64,000 nucleotides of DNA from NCBI GenBank assembly GCA_000092065.1, contig CP000586.1. The stretch is one strand, 5' to 3'. Positions 31,931-41,314 of this stretch are shown here, piece by piece. How positions within the stretch are numbered: the stretch's first letter is position 1; each line of letters opens with the position of its first letter. The notes under the pieces are model-generated. The model was not told the origin of the DNA, did no database searches, and saw nothing but the letters and a program-made list of their open reading frames with translations. Position numbers and translations under genes: made by a program. Source of the stretch: Ostreococcus lucimarinus. Lineage: Eukaryota.

Positions 31931-33652
31931 ATGGGCCGCGCGCGGCGCCAGGCCGCGCAGCGCGCGTTCGATCGCGAGCGCGACGATCGCGCCGCGCGCC
32001 GCGCCGACGACGACGCGCGATCGACGCCCGAGGCGCGCGCGCGGGAGGGTAAGGGTCGACGCGTCGGCGCAACGAACTCGAGCGCAATCGTCGTCGCGCT
32101 GGGCGTCGTCGCGGCGCTCGCGTGGAGGAAAGCGCGCGCGCGCGCGGCGAAAACCGACGGCGACGACGCGAGCGATCGATCGGCGCGCGGCGCGGCGGCG
32201 ACGAAGGACGGGGCGAGGAAACGGTTGTCGTTCTCGGGGTCCTCGGTCGCGAGCGCGGCGGACGCGGCGGCGACGACGGACGCGACGATCGAGAGAGACG
32301 AGGGCGAGCGAGGGGAAAACGCGCGCGTGGAAACGGTTGAGAATGAAAAGGCGCGACCGGCGGCGCGAGCGGTCGAGGAGAAGACGGTGGATTCGGGGGA
32401 GGTGCCCAGGCCCGCGACGCCGCCGCGCGCAACGGAGCGATCGACGAGGTCGACGCCCGGGTCGCCGGCGTCTCGACCGGCTTTGAAACTGGAGGTCGAG
32501 ACCGGTGCGAGTCGAGGAGCGACGTACGTGGCGTCGCTCGGGATGGATGAGTTCACCATAGGGCGCGGTAGGATGAATGGATTCGTCGTGGAGAGCTCGG
32601 AGGTTTCGACCGTGCACGCCAAGGTGAGATGGAACGGCGTGGCGTGGACGATGCGGGATCTAGGTTCGCTGAATGGCACGCGCGTGAACGGAATGACGAT
32701 ATCAGAGTCAGTGCGCACGCCCGGAGGGTGGCGAAAAATCACGCACGGTGATGTCATCAAGCTGGGCGAGCGAGACTCGAGTCCGCGAGTATCCGTACAC
32801 TTTTTCAGAGACGTCTCGATCGAGGCGAACGCGGCGCTGGCGTTACAAGCAGTCGTTCGCGCCGAAGGATCGAAGCCTATGAAGTCAGAGGATCGAATTC
32901 TTGTGGAATGCCCTCTGCGCGGGAACCCATCCGTGGGGTTATTTTGCGTTTTCGACGGGCACGGCGGGCAAGAAGCCGCGGAGCGCGCGAGGCAGCTCTT
33001 TCCGGAGGTGCTCGCGCGACGCTTGGGAGGTAAGGTTCCCGGCGGCGAGGGCGCAAGAGAACTTTTGGAGGCAGCTTTCATAGAAAGCGACGAAACAATG
33101 GCGGTAGAGTACGAAGGGTGCACGGCAAGCGTCGTATTAGTGTGGAAGAATGAGAAAACCGGTGGGTTGATGGTGCAAGCCGCAAACGTGGGTGATTCGA
33201 GTGTTGCCCTCGGTCGAGTGCCCGTACCGAAAGGACAGCACCACGGTGCAAGATATCTCACGCCCGAACACAAAGTGCGCCATGAAGAGGAGAAGAATCG
33301 TCTCAATGAAGCCGGCGCTGATTTACCACCTGAGGCTACTCGACTTTACGGCTTGGCGTTATCTCGCGCTCTCGGCGATAAATTCCTAAAGGATCAAAAG
33401 GTCGGCCTCATCGCGCACCCGTTCGTGAGTGAAGTGCTGCACATCGAAGGTAATTCGAACGACAGCGTGCTGACGATAGCGAGCGACGGGATATGGGATG
33501 TTCTCACTCCGAAAGATGTTTACGACACCATGCACGAGGCTGACGGTTGCTTACACACGTCGTGTCAAAGTTTAATCCTCAATGCGCGCCGCCGAAGAAG
33601 CGTCGACGATATAAGTATCGTCACTGTACGCTTGAGTCTCGAATCTACTTAG
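31931..33652 (+). CDS. FHA-domain protein phosphatase 2C with N-terminal TM anchor (KAPP-like architecture)
   Basis: TM AIVVALGVVAALAW; FHA domain (FTIGRGRMNGFVVESSEVSTVHAKVRWNG...LGSLNGTRVNG); PP2C motifs (FCVFDGHGG, GDSSVALG, SDGIWDVL, DDISIVTV). Confidence 0.8.
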   Translation: MGRARRQAAQRAFDRERDDRAARRADDDARSTPEARAREGKGRRVGATNSSAIVVALGVVAALAWRKARARAAKTDGDDASDRSARGAAATKDGARKRLSFSGSSVASAADAAATTDATIERDEGERGENARVETVENEKARPAARAVEEKTVDSGEVPRPATPPRATERSTRSTPGSPASRPALKLEVETGASRGATYVASLGMDEFTIGRGRMNGFVVESSEVSTVHAKVRWNGVAWTMRDLGSLNGTRVNGMTISESVRTPGGWRKITHGDVIKLGERDSSPRVSVHFFRDVSIEANAALALQAVVRAEGSKPMKSEDRILVECPLRGNPSVGLFCVFDGHGGQEAAERARQLFPEVLARRLGGKVPGGEGARELLEAAFIESDETMAVEYEGCTASVVLVWKNEKTGGLMVQAANVGDSSVALGRVPVPKGQHHGARYLTPEHKVRHEEEKNRLNEAGADLPPEATRLYGLALSRALGDKFLKDQKVGLIAHPFVSEVLHIEGNSNDSVLTIASDGIWDVLTPKDVYDTMHEADGCLHTSCQSLILNARRRRSVDDISIVTVRLSLEST

Positions 33653-33686
33653 GCGTGAGTCTAGGAACTTGTATTGAAATGTTCTT

Positions 33687-34469
33687 TTACAACGAATTGT
33701 ACTTTTGCACCCCCTCTCTGAGCACGTCAATCGCCTTCGTCCAGTCATCGCTTCCGAACACACTGCTACCCGCGACGATCACGTTTGCCCCCGCTTCCGC
33801 CGCGGCATCAATCGTGCTCGCCGATAATCCACCGTCGACTTGAATCTTCAACTTTGGAAACCGCTCTCGCAACCGCTTCACCTTTTCGCAGCACTCCGGA
33901 TTGAATTTCTGTCCCCCAAAGCCCGGTTCAACAGTCATCACGAGTACCATATCGCACAAACCCTTCTCAACGCTCGAATGTACCACATCTACCGCCGTTC
34001 CTGGCTTGATGGCGATCCCAACCTCCATTCCAGCCTTTCGAACTTCCTCGCACGCGCGTTCGACGCCGGCGTCCCCGTCGCACGCCTCGGCGTGAAACGT
34101 AAACATGTTCGTCTTCGCCTTGGCCATGGGCTCGATGTAGTCCAGCGGATTCGTCACCATCAGATGCACGTCGAAGTACGCGTCCGGGACGTGCGGGCGC
34201 AGCGACGTGAGCACGGGCGCGCCGAACGTCAAGTTCGGGACAAAGTGACCATCCATGACGTCCAGGTGCAACCAGTCGGCGCCGCACGCGATAACCTTGC
34301 GCGATTCGTCCGCCATGCGGGCGAAATCGCAGCTCAGTAAACTCGGGGAGATGACGGGCGCGTTGGCGTACGGCGTTGACATGACGACGGCGTGAGGTTG
34401 TGACGCGCTCACGCGGAGAAGTTGGTTTAAAAGTGTCGACGCCGCGAGCGACGCCAAAAAGAATATCAA
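33687..34469 (-). CDS. RPE: ribulose-phosphate 3-epimerase, cytosolic-type paralogue
   Basis: VISPSLLSCDFARMADESRKVIACGADWLHLDVMDGHFVPNLTFGAPV...VMTVEPGFGGQKF. This is distinct from the plastid-type copy at 18457. The probable real start is Met 34382 (MSTPYANAP...). Confidence 0.85.
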   Translation of the reverse strand: MIFFLASLAASTLLNQLLRVSASQPHAVVMSTPYANAPVISPSLLSCDFARMADESRKVIACGADWLHLDVMDGHFVPNLTFGAPVLTSLRPHVPDAYFDVHLMVTNPLDYIEPMAKAKTNMFTFHAEACDGDAGVERACEEVRKAGMEVGIAIKPGTAVDVVHSSVEKGLCDMVLVMTVEPGFGGQKFNPECCEKVKRLRERFPKLKIQVDGGLSASTIDAAAEAGANVIVAGSSVFGSDDWTKAIDVLREGVQKYNSL

Positions 34470-34521
34470 TGATCGCCAGCTAGGCTAAGGAATGACGACG
34501 CTACGCGCGAATCGCACCGAC

Positions 34522-34928
34522 TCACGCGATGTCTAATCGAGATCTATCTAAAAAGTTCGGATCGCGACGGAACCGGTTTTGGAATTTATCAAACCAACGC
34601 GTGAGGATGTTCACGGGAACGACCATTCGGTCGTTCGAGCTGCCTTCGCATTGAAAGCTCTGCATGAACCGAAACAAATCCTCCGCCACGCGTTTCGCGA
34701 ATGTTTCTTTGTGTTGAACCAGCGCCGCTTCCTTTTCTAACGCCGACGCCAGCGGTTCGACGCTCACGCCGACCGCGGCGGTTGGATGCGCCCGCCCGGT
34801 GGCTTCGTCCACCGGCCAACGCAGCGTGAACACGTCGCTCGGTTTAGCGTTGGCCACGCATCCGCAGTACTCCCAAGGCGCGTCTCCGGCTTTTATGTAC
34901 ATGCACAGCGCGCTATTATCATCGAGCA
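34522..34928 (-). CDS. Hikeshi/OPI10-like protein, exon 2
   Basis: C-terminus VPVNILTRWFDKFQNRFRRDPNFL matches the Hikeshi C-terminus ([24 protein letters not shown]). The exon starts after a cgcAG acceptor. Confidence 0.7.
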
Positions 34929-35052
34929 CTGCGTTCATCGAGCGCGAAACGCGCGCGTCGTCAGTCCGTCGTCCTCCCCGCGTCGCGCGTTCGCCTCGTC
35001 GCCCCGCCCGCGCCCGCGCCTCCGGTCGCCTCGCTCGCGAATCGCCACTCAC
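34929..35052 (-). other. Hikeshi-like intron (about 124 bp)
   Basis: GTGAGT donor and CTGAC branch motif before the cgcAG. Splicing gives a continuous Hikeshi alignment of the correct spacing. Confidence 0.65.
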
Positions 35053-35212
35053 GCCGCTGCGAAGGCATGAAAAAGCACACTTCCCGACACTCGTCGTGCG
35101 CGAATCCCGCGTTCGTGAGATCCAGCGTCCAGGACGCGCCGTTTTCGACGCAGACGAAACTCTCCGAAGCCACCACGCACGACTTCTTCGCGAACACCGC
35201 GCCGAAGAGCAT
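35053..35212 (-). CDS. Hikeshi/OPI10-like protein, exon 1
   Basis: MLFGAVFAKKSCVVASESFVCVENGASWTLDLTNAGFAHDECREVCFFMPSQR aligns to the Hikeshi N-terminus (MFGCLVAGRLVQ...[20 protein letters not shown]). It ends at a GTGAGT donor. The join gives about 188 aa. Confidence 0.7.
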
Positions 35213-35372
35213 CGTCCTCGGCGCGCGTCGACCGTCCGCGCGCGTCGAGCGATCGACGCGCGCCGCTCACGCGCGCGCTCGAGCGATGCTCTTCGGCGAT
35301 CGACGCGCGCGCGTCGAGGAGTGACGACGCGGGCGCCGCGAGTCGTCCCGCACATCGCGACGCGTCGTCGTC

Positions 35373-36023
35373 ATGCACCGCGCCGCCGCCGCCCTGCGCG
35401 TCGTCGCGCCTCGAGTCGCGACTCGAGTCGCGCGCGACGCCCGCGCGCCGTCTCGCGCGGCGCACCGCGTCGCGCCCGCGTCGTCGAGCGCGGCGAACGC
35501 GTCGACGCGATCGTGGGAGTTTCGTCTGCTGTACGACGGCGCGTGCCCGCTGTGCGTGCGCGAGGTGGAGATGCTGCGCGCGAAAGACGGCGGGAAAGGG
35601 AACCTGGATCTGGTGGACATCGCGAGCGATGATTACGACGCGAAGGAGAACGCGGGGATCGAGTACGCGGAGGCGATGAAGACGATTCACGGGCTGGACG
35701 CGGCGAATAACGTGTACACGGGGGTGGAGGTGTTCGAAAAGGCGTACAAAGCGGTCGGATTGGGGTACGTGTACGCGTTCACCAAGGTGCCGTTTTTGCT
35801 GAACGCGGCGAACAAGGTGTACGACGTGTGGGCAAAGTATCGATTGAACGTGACGTCGAGGGGGTCGCTCGCGGAACACCTGGCGGCGCGCAAGGCGCGC
35901 ATGGATGGGAAAAATTGTGACGCGTGCGAGATTAACTTCGAGACGGACGGGAGCCAGTGTGACGATGGGACGTTGTACCTCTGCGAGACGGACGAGGAAG
36001 AGGCGAAGACTGCGTCGAAGTGA
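35373..36023 (+). CDS. DCC-family thiol-disulfide oxidoreductase (DUF393) with presequence
   Basis: LLYDGACPLCVREVEMLRAKD carries the DCC hallmark (YDGxCxLC). Confidence 0.7.
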   Translation: MHRAAAALRVVAPRVATRVARDARAPSRAAHRVAPASSSAANASTRSWEFRLLYDGACPLCVREVEMLRAKDGGKGNLDLVDIASDDYDAKENAGIEYAEAMKTIHGLDAANNVYTGVEVFEKAYKAVGLGYVYAFTKVPFLLNAANKVYDVWAKYRLNVTSRGSLAEHLAARKARMDGKNCDACEINFETDGSQCDDGTLYLCETDEEEAKTASK

Positions 36024-36138
36024 GCGGCCGGCGAGACGTCTCGTACGCTCCGACTGCTTGTCGCGCAACTACGCTGTACGAAAACGCTGTACCATGGAGA
36101 ATGATATTTGTTGTTGAATATGAATATTGATTGCTTCA

Positions 36139-37593
36139 CTATTGCGCCTGACCTGCTGCCTTGGCGGCTTCTTTCGCTCGCTTCTTTTCCGCGATTTGTT
36201 GCTCCTTGAGCAACTTCTTTTGCTGCGACTTGGACATTTGTCCACCATCTTCGCCCGTTTGCGCCTTGTCTTGCTCCTTCTTCACCGAGCCCGTATCCTC
36301 GGGCGCACCGATCGCGATTCCAGGCTTGGTGTTCGCGATTGTCGCTTCGTCCAAGGCGCCGGCGACATCGCCCATGTCGCCGAAAAGGGACGCAAAGACG
36401 CGAGGCTTCGTCGACATGAACTCGTCAATCATCGCATCCGTCACCTTTGCTCTCGCGTCTTGGTGCCCTTGGCAAATCGGCACCAACGTTTCGATAAGCT
36501 TTGCCTTAATTTCTCCACTCAACATCCTGCCGCTACTGTACTCTTCGCCGATCTCAGCCAGCGCTTGGTCGTCGTCGAGGAAGAAGTTTAGCCACTTCCA
36601 GCTAATATCCGTGTCTAAATTGCCACCAAGACGCCTGTGATCCTCCACCGTGAGCTGACCACCGCTGAAAGCGTACTTGTTCACCTTGGTTTTAATTTCC
36701 TTCGGCGTGTCCGTGACGTAAATGGCGCTCGTGGCATCCGAAGCGCTCATCTTTCCGCTCTCGCCCTTCAACGCCGGGAAGAATCGAGACTCAATCAACG
36801 CCGGCTTGTAGCCACCGATGCGCGGCGCGACGTCGCGCGTCATTCGGAAATACGGATCTTGATCGATCGCACACGGAATCAAGCACCGCAAGCTCGTCTT
36901 GCTCTCGCCGAACATGTGTGGAAAGCAATCCGGAAAGCTCGGCGCCGCTTGCGTCGGCGGAAATCCAACCTGCCCAATATTCGACTCACCCGTGAATCCG
37001 AAGATCCCTTTCACTTGATTCAGCGTCACGCATTTCGCGATCTTCATCATATTCTTATAAAACGGCGTCGACATGTACTGCACGTCTGAAAAGATGAACG
37101 TTCGCTTTGGATCGAATCCGCACGCGATGATATCCTTCGCGTTCTCCCTCGCCAACCTCCCGCACTCCTCCAGACTCAAATCCTTCCACAAAAACTTTTC
37201 ATCGTCCGTCAACTGAATCACCAACGGCACCTTGAACGCGTCTTGCAACCACTTCGTGAATTGAAACGGAATCAAGTGTCCCAAGTGCAACGACTCGCTC
37301 GACGGTCCGCGTCCCGTGTACAGATAAAACTTTTCACCCCTCTCGTACGCGTCCAGGATCAAATCCAGCTCGCGATGCGCGAAGAACATCCCTCGTCGCA
37401 GGAACGGATGCGCCTTTCGTCCCGTGACGCGCTCGACGCGCTCGATCATCTCCCGGTCGATCGTCGAGCATCCAAAGTCGCGCACGAGTTTGTCGTAATC
37501 GATGCCGCCGCCGTCTTTTCCCTCGACGTCCCACGGCGTGACGACCTGCTCCGTCGCCGTCGTCTCGCGCGCGTCGTCCTCGACGTCCGTCAT
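36139..37593 (-). CDS. WARS1: cytosolic tryptophanyl-tRNA synthetase with Lys-rich C-terminal extension
   Basis: [36 protein letters not shown] and KMSASD motifs; near-collinear with plant cytosolic TrpRS. Start chosen at Met 37591-37593 (MTDVEDD...) by N-terminal alignment. Confidence 0.85.
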   Translation of the reverse strand: MTDVEDDARETTATEQVVTPWDVEGKDGGGIDYDKLVRDFGCSTIDREMIERVERVTGRKAHPFLRRGMFFAHRELDLILDAYERGEKFYLYTGRGPSSESLHLGHLIPFQFTKWLQDAFKVPLVIQLTDDEKFLWKDLSLEECGRLARENAKDIIACGFDPKRTFIFSDVQYMSTPFYKNMMKIAKCVTLNQVKGIFGFTGESNIGQVGFPPTQAAPSFPDCFPHMFGESKTSLRCLIPCAIDQDPYFRMTRDVAPRIGGYKPALIESRFFPALKGESGKMSASDATSAIYVTDTPKEIKTKVNKYAFSGGQLTVEDHRRLGGNLDTDISWKWLNFFLDDDQALAEIGEEYSSGRMLSGEIKAKLIETLVPICQGHQDARAKVTDAMIDEFMSTKPRVFASLFGDMGDVAGALDEATIANTKPGIAIGAPEDTGSVKKEQDKAQTGEDGGQMSKSQQKKLLKEQQIAEKKRAKEAAKAAGQAQ

Positions 37594-38080
37594 CGCGTCA
37601 CCGCTCGCGCGCCGTCGACCGCGTCGCGCTCTGTCGACCGCGCGCCGTCGTTCCATCGCGTCGTTCGCGCCGTCGGCGTCGCGCGATCGTCCCGGCACTC
37701 CGCGCCTCGGCGCCGTCGAGGCCGCGATGAAGGAGCTCGTCGGGCGCGTGGCGTCGAATAAGATGATGAAGACGGTCACCGTCGTCGTCGAGCGGTTGTT
37801 CAGGCACCCGCGGTTCAAGCGCTACGTCAGGGCGAGGAAAAAGTACGCGGCGCACGACGAGGAGAATCGATGCAACCCGGGGGATTTGGTGCGGCTGCGA
37901 CACTCGAGACCGCTGAGCAAGACGAAGCGGTGGGTCGTGGACGAGATCGTGCGAAGAGAGCGGCAGTTCGATCGGGAGGCGGTGAACGCGGCGGTGAAGG
38001 AGCGGGTGGTGGCGGAGAAGCGAGCGAGGGCGAACGCGGAGAGAGGGTTCGCGGGCGCGGCGGCGGAGAGCGAGATTTAG
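37502..38080 (+). CDS. organellar-type ribosomal protein S17 (uS17) precursor
   Basis: [70 protein letters not shown] is the bacterial-type S17 core. The N-terminal 75 codons (presequence?) overlap the TrpRS 5' end on the opposite strand, so the start is unresolved. The core alone begins at 37727. Confidence 0.6.
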   Translation: MPPPSFPSTSHGVTTCSVAVVSRASSSTSVIASPLARRRPRRALSTARRRSIASFAPSASRDRPGTPRLGAVEAAMKELVGRVASNKMMKTVTVVVERLFRHPRFKRYVRARKKYAAHDEENRCNPGDLVRLRHSRPLSKTKRWVVDEIVRRERQFDREAVNAAVKERVVAEKRARANAERGFAGAAAESEI

Positions 38081-38184
38081 CGTAAGTCGAGGTAGAGGCG
38101 CGCGCGCGATGTAATGAATGAAAGATCGATGTAGAGTGAATGATGACGCGATGCTTGCGTTACGCGCCGCTAATGGGTTTGGTG

Positions 38185-39921
38185 CTACGTCAAGTACACG
38201 ACGACGTCTTTGCGTCGCGCCATGCCGACGGGGAGGTGGGCGACGACGCGCGTGCCGTTTTCGAGAAACTCTTCGCTCTCGACGAATCCGGTTCGACGAA
38301 TTTCGCCGATTAAAGCGCCGCGTTCGTACGGTATGAGCATTTCGCATCGGCTCAACGTGCGCTTTTTGATGATTTCGACGATTTTGTCCTGGAGGGCGTC
38401 CAATCCTTCCCCCGTGAGCGTGCTGACGACGACGGCGCCGGCGTCTTCGGCGGCGATTTCGATTTCGAGACGTTCCTCTTCGTCGAGGACGTTGTCGATT
38501 TTATTCCACACCAGAAGCTGAGGGATTTCACCAGCGTCGAGTTCATCGAGAACGCTGTCCACCGTGCTCATGTGAGCCTCGGAGAGATCAGAGCTGATGT
38601 CGACGACGTGGAGAATCAACGACGACTCGAGAACTTCCTCGAGCGTCGCTCGAAACGCGGCGACGAGTTGCGTCGGGAGTTTTTGAATGAAACCGACCGT
38701 ATCCGTCATGAGCACCGTCATCCCATTCGCAAGTTCGAGGCGACGAGTCGTCGGATCGAGCGTCGCGAAGAGCTTGTCCTCCGCCAATACCTCCGCATTC
38801 GTCAATTTGTTGAGCAACGAACTTTTTCCGGCGTTTGTGTATCCAGCCAGCGAGACGATGGGCACACGCTCGGCCTTCCGTTTCTGTCTATACTGCTCGC
38901 GGTGCGTCCGCATGCTCTCGATCTTCGCGTTGAGTAACGACTTGCGCTCGCGCAACAAGCGCTTGTCGATCTCAATCTGTTTCTCCCCCATACCCTTCAC
39001 CGCCCCGCTTCCGCTCTGTCGCTCGAGATGACTCCACATCTTTGTCAGGCGCGGCATCTCGTACTCGAGCTGCGCCATCTCCACCTGCAGCTGACCTTCC
39101 GCGGTTTGCGCGCGCTGTGAAAATATATCCAGAATCAACGCCGTCCGATCGCAGATTCGCACTTTTGAACCGAGCTTACGCTCTAAATTTCGCGCTTGCT
39201 TCGGCGACAACTCGTCGTCGAAAATCACAATGTCCACCGCCGCGGCGTCTACGCGGAACCCGTTTCGCCTATCTCGACTTCTCTCCTCGTCCTCGTCTTC
39301 GTCCTCGTCATCCTCCCAAAATATCTCATCGTCTTCGTCGTCCTCGCGCTCGTCGTCGTCCTCTTCATCCGCCTCCATCGCCCGCGGCAATCCGCACATT
39401 TCGCGCAACTCGCCGATTTTCCCCGATCCCAAGTACGTCGCCGGCGCCGGCCCTCTCGCCAACCGCTGCGTCATCCGCCCCACCACCTCGCACCCCGCGG
39501 TGTTCACCAACCTCTCCAACTCATCCAGCGAGTCCTCCAGATCAAACTCTCCCGCGCTTTCGTACGATCGATTCTTCCCCGCGACGCCGACGACGACGAC
39601 GCGCTCGGGTCGCGCGTCCCACCCCCACAAATCTTCCCTCTCCCGTCCCGCGCCCACCGTCGCGTCCGTCGCGCTCGACGCGTCGATCGCCAGCGTCGTC
39701 CCTCGCGCGCCGTGTCGTCGCTCGATGATCTCCTCCCAGGACATTCCCGCGAGCGCGTCGTCGTCGTCGTCGTCGTCGTCGCCGAAAAAGCGCGCGTCGT
39801 CGCCATTCGCGCGCGCCGTCGCGTCGCGTCGCCGTCCGCGCGCGTCCCGTCGCGCCGGACGTCGACGGCGCGCTTCGGACGTCGTCGCCCGCGTCGCGCC
39901 GCGCGCGACGGCGCCGCGCAT
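38185..39921 (-). CDS. hflX: GTPase HflX (organellar)
   Basis: HflX N-domain ([32 protein letters not shown]), G1 [13 protein letters not shown]3 DTVGF, G4 NKID. Start chosen at the internal Met to avoid overlap with the divergent SLC35F gene; the ORF extends to 40110. Contains a coding (GTC)n poly-Asp tract. Confidence 0.8.
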   Translation of the reverse strand: MRGAVARGATRATTSEARRRRPARRDARGRRRDATARANGDDARFFGDDDDDDDDALAGMSWEEIIERRHGARGTTLAIDASSATDATVGAGREREDLWGWDARPERVVVVGVAGKNRSYESAGEFDLEDSLDELERLVNTAGCEVVGRMTQRLARGPAPATYLGSGKIGELREMCGLPRAMEADEEDDDEREDDEDDEIFWEDDEDEDEDEERSRDRRNGFRVDAAAVDIVIFDDELSPKQARNLERKLGSKVRICDRTALILDIFSQRAQTAEGQLQVEMAQLEYEMPRLTKMWSHLERQSGSGAVKGMGEKQIEIDKRLLRERKSLLNAKIESMRTHREQYRQKRKAERVPIVSLAGYTNAGKSSLLNKLTNAEVLAEDKLFATLDPTTRRLELANGMTVLMTDTVGFIQKLPTQLVAAFRATLEEVLESSLILHVVDISSDLSEAHMSTVDSVLDELDAGEIPQLLVWNKIDNVLDEEERLEIEIAAEDAGAVVVSTLTGEGLDALQDKIVEIIKKRTLSRCEMLIPYERGALIGEIRRTGFVESEEFLENGTRVVAHLPVGMARRKDVVVYLT

Positions 39922-39988
39922 CCCGCGTCGCGCCGCGTCGCCGCGTCGGCGAGTGACGGGCGGCCGACGCGCCGCACGTCGACGCGCG

Positions 39989-41161
39989 ATGGACGCGCGC
40001 GACGGGACGCGCGCGGACGACGACCGAAGCGCGCCGTCGACGTCCGACGCGCCTTCTTCGCGCGCGCGGTGGTCGGGCCTCGCGCTCGCGCAGGTCTGCG
40101 CCTTCGTCAACGCCGTCTCGGCCGCGTCGTCGACCGCGCTCGAGCGCGCGGGGGCGACGATGCCGGCGTGGCAGACGACGTTCGCGTACGCGCTCGTCGG
40201 GACGTGGTACGGGGGGCGGTTTTACGCGCGCGCGCGCGATGGGAAGGCGCGCGGGCGCGACGCGCGGCGACTGGGCGCGTACGCGGCGTGCGCGTTCGCG
40301 GACGTGCAGGCGAATTACTTCGTCACGCTGGCGTTTCGGTACACGTCGATGACGAGCGTGTCGCTGTTGGACAGCGCGACGATACCGTTCGCGATGGCGC
40401 TGTCGACGGCGTTTTTGGGGGCGAGGTACGCGAGGACGCACGCGGGCGGCGCGGCGATCGCGTTCGCGGGGCTGGCGGCGTTGGTGCTCGGCGACGCGTC
40501 GGCGGAGGCGACGGGGGGAGGGACGAACAGGGCGCTCGGGGACTTTTTAGCCATCTGCGCGGCGGCGATGTACGCGACGTCGAACGTGCTGGTGGAGGCG
40601 TTTCTGCGGGACGCGGACAAGGTGGAGATTTTGGCGCACGTCGGCGTGATGGGTTTCGCGATTAGCGGCGCGCAGTGCGCGTTATTAGAGGGGATGAAGA
40701 TCACCCAGCTCAAAGCTCTGGGAGCGATGGGCGTTGGCTTCTTCGCCACCTACGCGCTGTCGCTGTTCGTCCTGTACACCTTCGCCATGGACGTCCTCGA
40801 GCGGTGCGGCGCGTCGGCGTTCAACGTGAGCATGCTCGCGAGCGACGTGTGGAGCGTCATCCTTCGACTCATTTTCTTCGAAGGCTTCGCGTCTTTCTCC
40901 GCCGTCATCGCCTTTGGATTCGCGTTTTTGCTCGTCGCCGGTGGGATATGCGTGTTCGCCTACGCGGGCGACCCTTCGATCGACCCGTCGTCGTCGTCGT
41001 CGTCGCTCGAAATCGCCCCCGACGACGACGACGTCTCGTTCGTCGCGCGCGTTCGTCGATTCTTCATCCCCGACGCCCGGGCGAGGCCGTACGCACCGAT
41101 GCCCACGGACGACGCCCGCGCGTCAAACGTCGACGTCGAGCTGACTCCGATGCGCGAATAG
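39989..41161 (+). CDS. SLC35F1/F2-like solute carrier (nucleotide-sugar transporter-like, 10 TM)
   Basis: [40 protein letters not shown] matches the SLC35F family ([22 protein letters not shown]). Multiple TM helices. Confidence 0.7.
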   Translation: MDARDGTRADDDRSAPSTSDAPSSRARWSGLALAQVCAFVNAVSAASSTALERAGATMPAWQTTFAYALVGTWYGGRFYARARDGKARGRDARRLGAYAACAFADVQANYFVTLAFRYTSMTSVSLLDSATIPFAMALSTAFLGARYARTHAGGAAIAFAGLAALVLGDASAEATGGGTNRALGDFLAICAAAMYATSNVLVEAFLRDADKVEILAHVGVMGFAISGAQCALLEGMKITQLKALGAMGVGFFATYALSLFVLYTFAMDVLERCGASAFNVSMLASDVWSVILRLIFFEGFASFSAVIAFGFAFLLVAGGICVFAYAGDPSIDPSSSSSSLEIAPDDDDVSFVARVRRFFIPDARARPYAPMPTDDARASNVDVELTPMRE

Positions 41162-41314
41162 CGACGATTGTGATTGTACCGTAGACTGTTTCGACTCGAC
41201 TCGGCGCGACGCCTCGAGCCAACCGACGTCGCGAGTCATCCATCTGATCGAACGATCGTCCCGCACACCGCCGCGTTCGGCGCGCGTTCGCGCCCATCTC
41301 GCGCGTCCGCGAAG

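Noticed and set aside
31402-33306. 634-aa minus-strand ORF antisense to the FHA-PP2C gene. Similar long antisense ORFs: 15272..16957 (561 aa), 49359..50987 (542 aa), 46780..48483 (567 aa), 17403..18338, 18307..19062, 9595..10770.
   Set aside because: Arg/Ala/Ser/Pro-rich low-complexity translations typical of stop-codon-poor GC-rich DNA, with no domain signatures, and they overlap genes with strong homology on the other strand. Judged artefacts.
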